A stretch of DNA of 64,000 bases, taken from NCBI RefSeq assembly GCF_006345805.1, contig NC_043016.1, positions 15,810,001 to 15,874,000 on the forward strand. The letters are read 5' to 3'. The translations under genes and the position numbers were made by a program. The DNA comes from Octopus sinensis (Eukaryota). Positions 11,561 to 64,000 of the stretch are shown here, in pieces (position 1 is the first letter of the stretch; every line of letters starts with the position of its first letter). The notes below the pieces were generated by a model. It searched no databases. It saw only the letters and a list, made by a program, of their open reading frames with translations, and was not told the origin of the DNA.

Positions 11561-12452
11561 TGATAAATACATAAGCTCTTTTATAATAAAGATTTACAAT
11601 TATCGTCAACATGACGTCCACTTTCCATGTTTGCATCGATCTCATGGAATTCATTGATGCAAATTTTCTATGCCCAAATACCTTTCCTTTGCCAACCCTG
11701 ACCAATTTCCAAGCAGACATGTTTATCACAAGAAAACTGGGAATGATCAACATTATTTGTATGGTAATGATGATGATGCTTGTTTACATCCATCACATAA
11801 TGTCAAGATAAGGAAACACATGAATTTCTCTCACTTTCCATCAATCAAATCCACTCACAAGGCTTTGGTCAGTCTGGATCAAGGTACTGCATGGTGGGAG
11901 TGGACCTGAAAACACGGCTGAGGAGCAAGTTGTGTTGACCACAGAAAGAGGTGAGGGATGGTGACAAGAAGGGCATCTGGACTTGGAAAATCTGCCTCAT
12001 CAAATTCTGTCTCACTCATTGCAAGTGTGGGAATGTGAACCTTCAATGATGACGACATTATGCAATGGAAAAGTCTGCCTGTGAAATATTTCAGAGGTAA
12101 AAAACATCTGTTCATTTCAGGACTCCAATTCCACTGGCTGTAGTTTAAAAGGGGCTTCATGAAGTAAGAAAACAAACAGAAAAAAAAAATCTAGAATATG
12201 GATCAGAAATTGCAAAACAAGACTTGTCAACTGCCTCAAGCAACAAACGGATTCACTGGACTTAGGCAGGGGCATCTTATTGCAAGAAAATATAAAATAA
12301 AAAAATAAATTCAAACATCAAAGAAACTAGAAAACAAAGAAAAACAAAGAAAAAGAAGCTGAGGTATTGTGAAACATTTATTTAACGATAACATCAAACT
12401 ACTTTACATGATCACAGATAAGCAGTATCTGAGACAAAAAAGGGGTGGGCAG

Positions 12453-12485
<33 letters not shown>

Positions 12486-13229
12486 TAATAAATTAATAAT
12501 AATAATGATTTCTTTTATGCATTCAAAGAGTTTATGAATAACAGAGAGAGAGAGAGTATTTACAGGCTTAATAAATAAAATATTTAGCAAAATTTTGTAT
12601 ATGTCTGTGTGTAATTTATATTAATATTTTTTTTTCTAATTAGAGGTATAGCTGCCACCCCTCAACCAAATTAATTATATTCTGCAAAAGTTGAGGTGAC
12701 ATAACACCGTTTTTTAGTTGTCCTAGTCAACCAATATTAGCAATATTCTTCAAATTTTTGGATTTACATTTTAATAGTAATGAACTTTCCATTCAGTAGA
12801 ATGGAATTTTAAATATTGTCAGAGTCTTTTTTAATGGGGGTGGGTGGTTTAATTTTTGTAGAATAAATCTTTACATTCTTTTTTAATTTAGATGTAAAAG
12901 TGAAATAAATTAAATAAATAAATAAATGGAATAAAATAAAGGAAACAATGGAATTATTAAGATAGAAAGTTGAAGCTGGGAGGGGGAAGATTTGTAACAA
13001 AACAGTGAAAGTTTATCTTCCTAAAAACGGATGAAACATGGAGAGATGCGAAGAGGGATATCAGTCTTCTGTTTAAAAACAAAACAAACAAAAAAAACCC
13101 AACAAAACAACAGTGAGGTATAATCAACAATATTAAACAAATAATAAATTTGTTTTTCTTGCTTTTGTTTTCTTTGTAAGTCACTGAATTAGAAAATTAA
13201 CAAGCACAGGTTTCACCAAGTCAATTAAT

Positions 13230-13263
<34 letters not shown>

Positions 13264-13509
13264 AATAATTTATGACTAAACTACCATCTTAGCAGTTTAA
13301 TAAAGAATAAAAAATTGAAATTAAAATTAATCAATGACTAAATATTGGTCCATAATCTAAACAAATTCTATAATTTTATTGATTAAGAAGGTGGAGTAAC
13401 AGAATTAGAATCGGTGGAGCACCGGACAAAATGCCACGTGGTATTAAGTATTTTTCTGAGTTCAAATCCTACTGGATCAAATTTTACCGTTTCCACAACC
13501 CTTGAGGAG

Positions 13510-14497
13510 TTGTTGATATTGTTATGTAGACTCAGATCGACACTGATCTCTCAGCAGAGATTAATGCCATGTAAGTAGTCAGCCAAACAATTAGGTGGAA
13601 TTCCTCAGAATTATTGTTCTCGATTATCTCATAATACCACTATCTGAGGACCAAACTGTACGGTCAGACATGCAATGGTTAATTATAGGAGGTGCTGCAG
13701 TCTGACCAGACATCTATTAATCCAATTTGGTGGTGGCTACAGTAAAGGTGGGCAAGGGTGGATTTGGTCACAGTGCAGCAGTTGCTGTACTTCTGGTGTG
13801 CATCCCAGCACAGAGTTTTAGAGTTAATAAAAGGTACTGATGTTGCAGACATCTATGTGTGTGTGTGTGTGTGTGTAGGTGCATGGTTTTTATGTGAGTG
13901 AAAGAGTTAGCACAATGTTATTGATGTATGTGTTGGGGGTGGGAGTGTGATTGTAGATACAATGACCAGAGATGGCGTCCTTCACATATATTAATATTTA
14001 GTAATATTTTTGTTTCATTGTGTAGACAGTGTGTGGGTGTGGTCTATGTGCAACTTGTGAAAAGACAGAATGTAGTAGTTTGTTGTAGTTTGTGGTGAGA
14101 ATGTTGGGGACCCAGGCACAATTGGCATAATCCATTATGGATTAAATATGTTATTTGTACACAATTGTTATTGATTCTTTCTGTTGGCCAAATGTGTTAC
14201 CTGTGATTTCTCTAAAATATCTATGTGTATTGTTTTGCTTGTTTTAAACTGTCTTCTACGTGTTTTGTGAATATTGTGAGAGTGCTGCGTGCAAGTCCTT
14301 GTAGTTTTGTCTTGTATGTCTCGTATGTTGTTGAGTGTGATGGTGGGTTGTGAATGTGTAATTCATGTAAAGTAAAAAGGGAGATGGGATCACTTCAGGT
14401 GTTGTGTGTTGCTTTGGAAATAGGATTCTAGGTGACTTGATGAAGTGTTTCAGTTGTGCACTATGGATGTCGAATGCAGGAAAGATTTCAGTGTGCA

Positions 14498-14535
<38 letters not shown>

Positions 14536-14680
14536 ATATCGACTATGCATGAGGCAGTGTGTATGCTTTGAGGAGGTGTTGGAAGGTTGTGTAGATACAT
14601 GTTAAAAAGAGAGGCTGAGAGGACGGATCCTTGTGTTACTCCATTCGGGAAATTAAAAATTATATATTTGTATTCCACAA
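13510..14680 (-). mobile_element. Decayed 3' part of an I/Jockey-group LINE (RT, thumb, CCHC-like end, CAA-rich tail)
   Basis: NGVTQGSVLSASLFNMYLHNLPTP (YADD decayed to CIVD); FGQQKESITIVYK..SIMDYA..W.P; LHNETKIL; carries (CA)n/(CG)n expansions. Confidence 0.75.
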
Positions 14681-14851
14681 AGGCTTGGCAACCTGAGAAA
14701 TAGTTTAATAGGCAGCCAGTATTTTATGTTCTTTTTTTTTTTCTTTCTCCACATGTAGCCTGTGGAAAGTGGGTAATCGAGTAAAACGTTTTGCTAATGT
14801 CAATGATAATTGAAACAGTGTTTGTGTATCTTTCTTTTCCAGAATTTGTTA

Positions 14852-14857
14852 TTTATT
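14852..14857 (-). promoter_or_regulatory. Candidate polyadenylation signal of NEURL4 (AATAAA)
   Basis: First AATAAA seen on the minus strand, about 130 nt after the stop codon. AT-rich context makes chance hits common. Confidence 0.35.
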
Positions 14858-14985
14858 ATTTGAGCTACCATGTATCTTTTGTGAAATGTGTGTGTGAGGA
14901 TATGTGATGATGGGAATTTTGCAAGTTGGGGTTTTCTTCACATGTTAGCTTCTCTTTCTCTTTTTCTATCTACACAAGTTTGAAC

Positions 14986-61835
<46,850 letters not shown>

Positions 61836-62348
61836 CTGGTAAAGAATAAAAACAAAAATCATTTAACATCTTTAAACAGATTTTTCTGGCACTGCTATTT
61901 TAACAAATATTAATCATCATCATTTAACGTCTGCTTTCCATACTGGCATGGGTTGACGGTTTGACTGAGGAGTGGCAAGCCAGGGGACTGCACCAGGATC
62001 TAATCTGATCTGGTAAGGTTTCTACAGCTGGATGTCCTTCCTAACGCCAACCACTCCAAGAGTGTAGTGGATGCTTTTTACATGCCACTGTCATGGGGGC
62101 CAGTCAGGTGGCACTGGCATTAACCACACTAGAATGATGTTTTTTACGTGCCACCAACACAATATATGTTTTTATGCACTATTACTTGTTTCATGTGATG
62201 AATGCATCATAGACAGCAATTTTTAACATATCTAGTGTCTTAGCACAATCTTCAGGCAATGCCCATATGGCATACAAGCTAAAAATAGAACAATAGGGCA
62301 AGAGAAAAAACAAGAAAGGCAAGAAAGAAGTTCATACTATATATATAT

Positions 62349-62400
<52 letters not shown>

Positions 62401-62412
62401 ATTTTACTATAA

Positions 62413-63497
62413 ACTTCATCATCATCATCATTTAACATCCGCATTCCATGCTAGCATGGGTTAAACGATTTGAGTGAGGACTGGTGAACCAGATGGCTGC
62501 ACCAGGCTCCAATCTGATCTGGCAGAGTTTCTACAGCTGGATGCCCTTCTTTAACACCAACCTCTCCAAGAGTATAGTGGGTGCTTTTTACGTGCCACCG
62601 GTACAAGAGCCAGTCAGACGGTACTGGCAAGGGCCATGCTCAAGTGGTGTTTTTTTCATGCCACCTGCACAGGAGCCAGTCCAGTGGCACTGGCAACGAC
62701 CTCACTCGAATGTTTTTCATGTGCCACCAGCACAAGTGCCAGTAAGGCAATGCTGGTAACAATCACGTTTGAATGGTGCTTTTTACGTGCCACCGGCCTG
62801 GAAGAAAGTCAGCTGCTCTGGCAGCGATCATGCTCAGATGGTGCTCTTAGCGCTTCACTGGCATGGGTGCCAGTCGTCGAATTTGCAAATTTGATTTGAT
62901 TTCGATTTCACTTGCCTCAACAGGTCTTCACAAGCAGAGTTTAGTGTCCACTGAAGGAAAGATATGTATAAGTGGCTGGTTACAACCCTGACATAGGTCA
63001 TATGGTTATGGTCTCACTTGGCTTGCCGGGTCTTCTCAAGCACTGCATATTTCCAAAGGTCTCGGTCACTGGTCATTGCCTTGGTGAGGCCTAATGTTCA
63101 AAGGTCATGCTTCACCACCTCATCCCAGATCTTCCTGGGTCTACCTCTTCCACAGGTTCCCTCAACCACTAGGGTGTGACACTTTTTCACACAGCTATCC
63201 TCATCCATTCTCGCCACATGGCCATACCAGCACAGTTGTCTCTCTTGCACACCACATCTGATGCTTCTTAGGTCCAACTTTTCTCTCAAGGTACTTACAA
63301 CTCTGTCATGTATGCACACTGACATTACACATCCATTGGATCATACTGGCTTCGTTCCTTGCGAGCTTAAACATGTCCTCAGCAGTCATGGCCCATGTTT
63401 CACTGCCATGTAGCATGGCTGTTCGTGCACATGCATCATACAGTCTACCTTTTACTCTGACCGAGAGGCCCTTTGTCACCAGCAGAGGTAAGAGCTT
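62413..63497 (-). mobile_element. 5'-truncated RTE copy (C-terminal ORF part, 3' UTR and tail)
   Basis: Reverse complement closely matches 22345-22770 (ORF 63098-63325 LREKLDLRSIRCGVQERQLCWYGHVARM); (CAT)n tail at 62415. Confidence 0.92.
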
Positions 63498-64000
63498 GTA
63501 CTAATAATATACCTTCAAATGACTTATTGTTTAAGCTAAGAAAAATTAGGACTCACCATCATCATCGTCACATAATCATTATTATTATTATTATTAGGGC
63601 AGTGGACTATCAGAATCATGTAAAGTTTTGGAGAAAATGCCTTACAGCATTTCTTCTGGTTCCTTATGTTCTGGAATGCAATCCAATTGACATTAACTTC
63701 ATTTATTATCTTTCCAGAGTAAATAAAATAAAGTACTAGGCAAGTTCCAGGGTGAGTTTTCCCAATGCACCTGTGTGCTGGTGACACGTAAAAGGCACAC
63801 AGTAAACAGTATGGAGGGTTGGCATTAGGAAGGGCATCCCACCATAGAAACCAAGCCAAAACGGACTGCAACCTGGTGCAGCTCTCTGGCTTACCAGTTC
63901 TAGAGAAACTAACCGATGCTAGCATGGGAAAGTGATGATGATGATGATGATGGGGTAAAGAAGTAGTGGCTGTGGATTGGACACATATTATACAAACCAG

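Noticed and set aside
14491-14535. (TG)n(CG)4 Z-DNA-prone tract downstream of NEURL4
   Set aside because: A microsatellite expansion inside a dead LINE; such tracts are ubiquitous here, with no evidence of function.
62575-62880. Repeat-spacer pattern resembling a CRISPR array
   Set aside because: The spacers are homologous to each other and the array is the 3' UTR of an RTE LINE in a eukaryotic intron; no cas genes.

Overview
AT-rich, microsatellite- and retroposon-dense animal genomic DNA. The repeat content suggests a coleoid cephalopod, most likely Octopus (inference, not a database result). The main feature is the 3' part of NEURL4 on the minus strand: 18 coding exons from 61835 down to the stop at 14986. 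All have GT-AG boundaries and consistent phases, giving 2685 nt / 894 aa: the end of NHR3, NHR4-6 and the C-terminal ADP-ribosyltransferase-like domain. The 5' exons are not identified here and probably lie beyond the window. Two phase-compatible candidate terminal exons of an unidentified convergent plus-strand gene lie at 5583-5723 and 6269-6342. The rest is mobile DNA: an uninterrupted, 5'-truncated RTE LINE (20015-23414) whose ORF carries a PHD finger and which is nested in a fold-back MITE; decayed RTE, R4/Dong, I/Jockey-group and Penelope-like copies; a Buster/Charlie hAT relic; TTAA MITEs; a DINE-1-like element; two tRNA-SINE families; about 20 RTE 3'-end copies; and a 2.1-kb compound microsatellite. 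The most unusual signal is three different type I hammerhead-ribozyme motifs in NEURL4 introns. One lies in a 169-nt unit with terminal redundancy (retrozyme-like, 57488-57663), one in a tRNA-headed fold-back element (39655-39897), and one has a long palindromic stem II (40046-40147). The NEURL4 ART domain also has Tyr where the conserved YHG His is expected.
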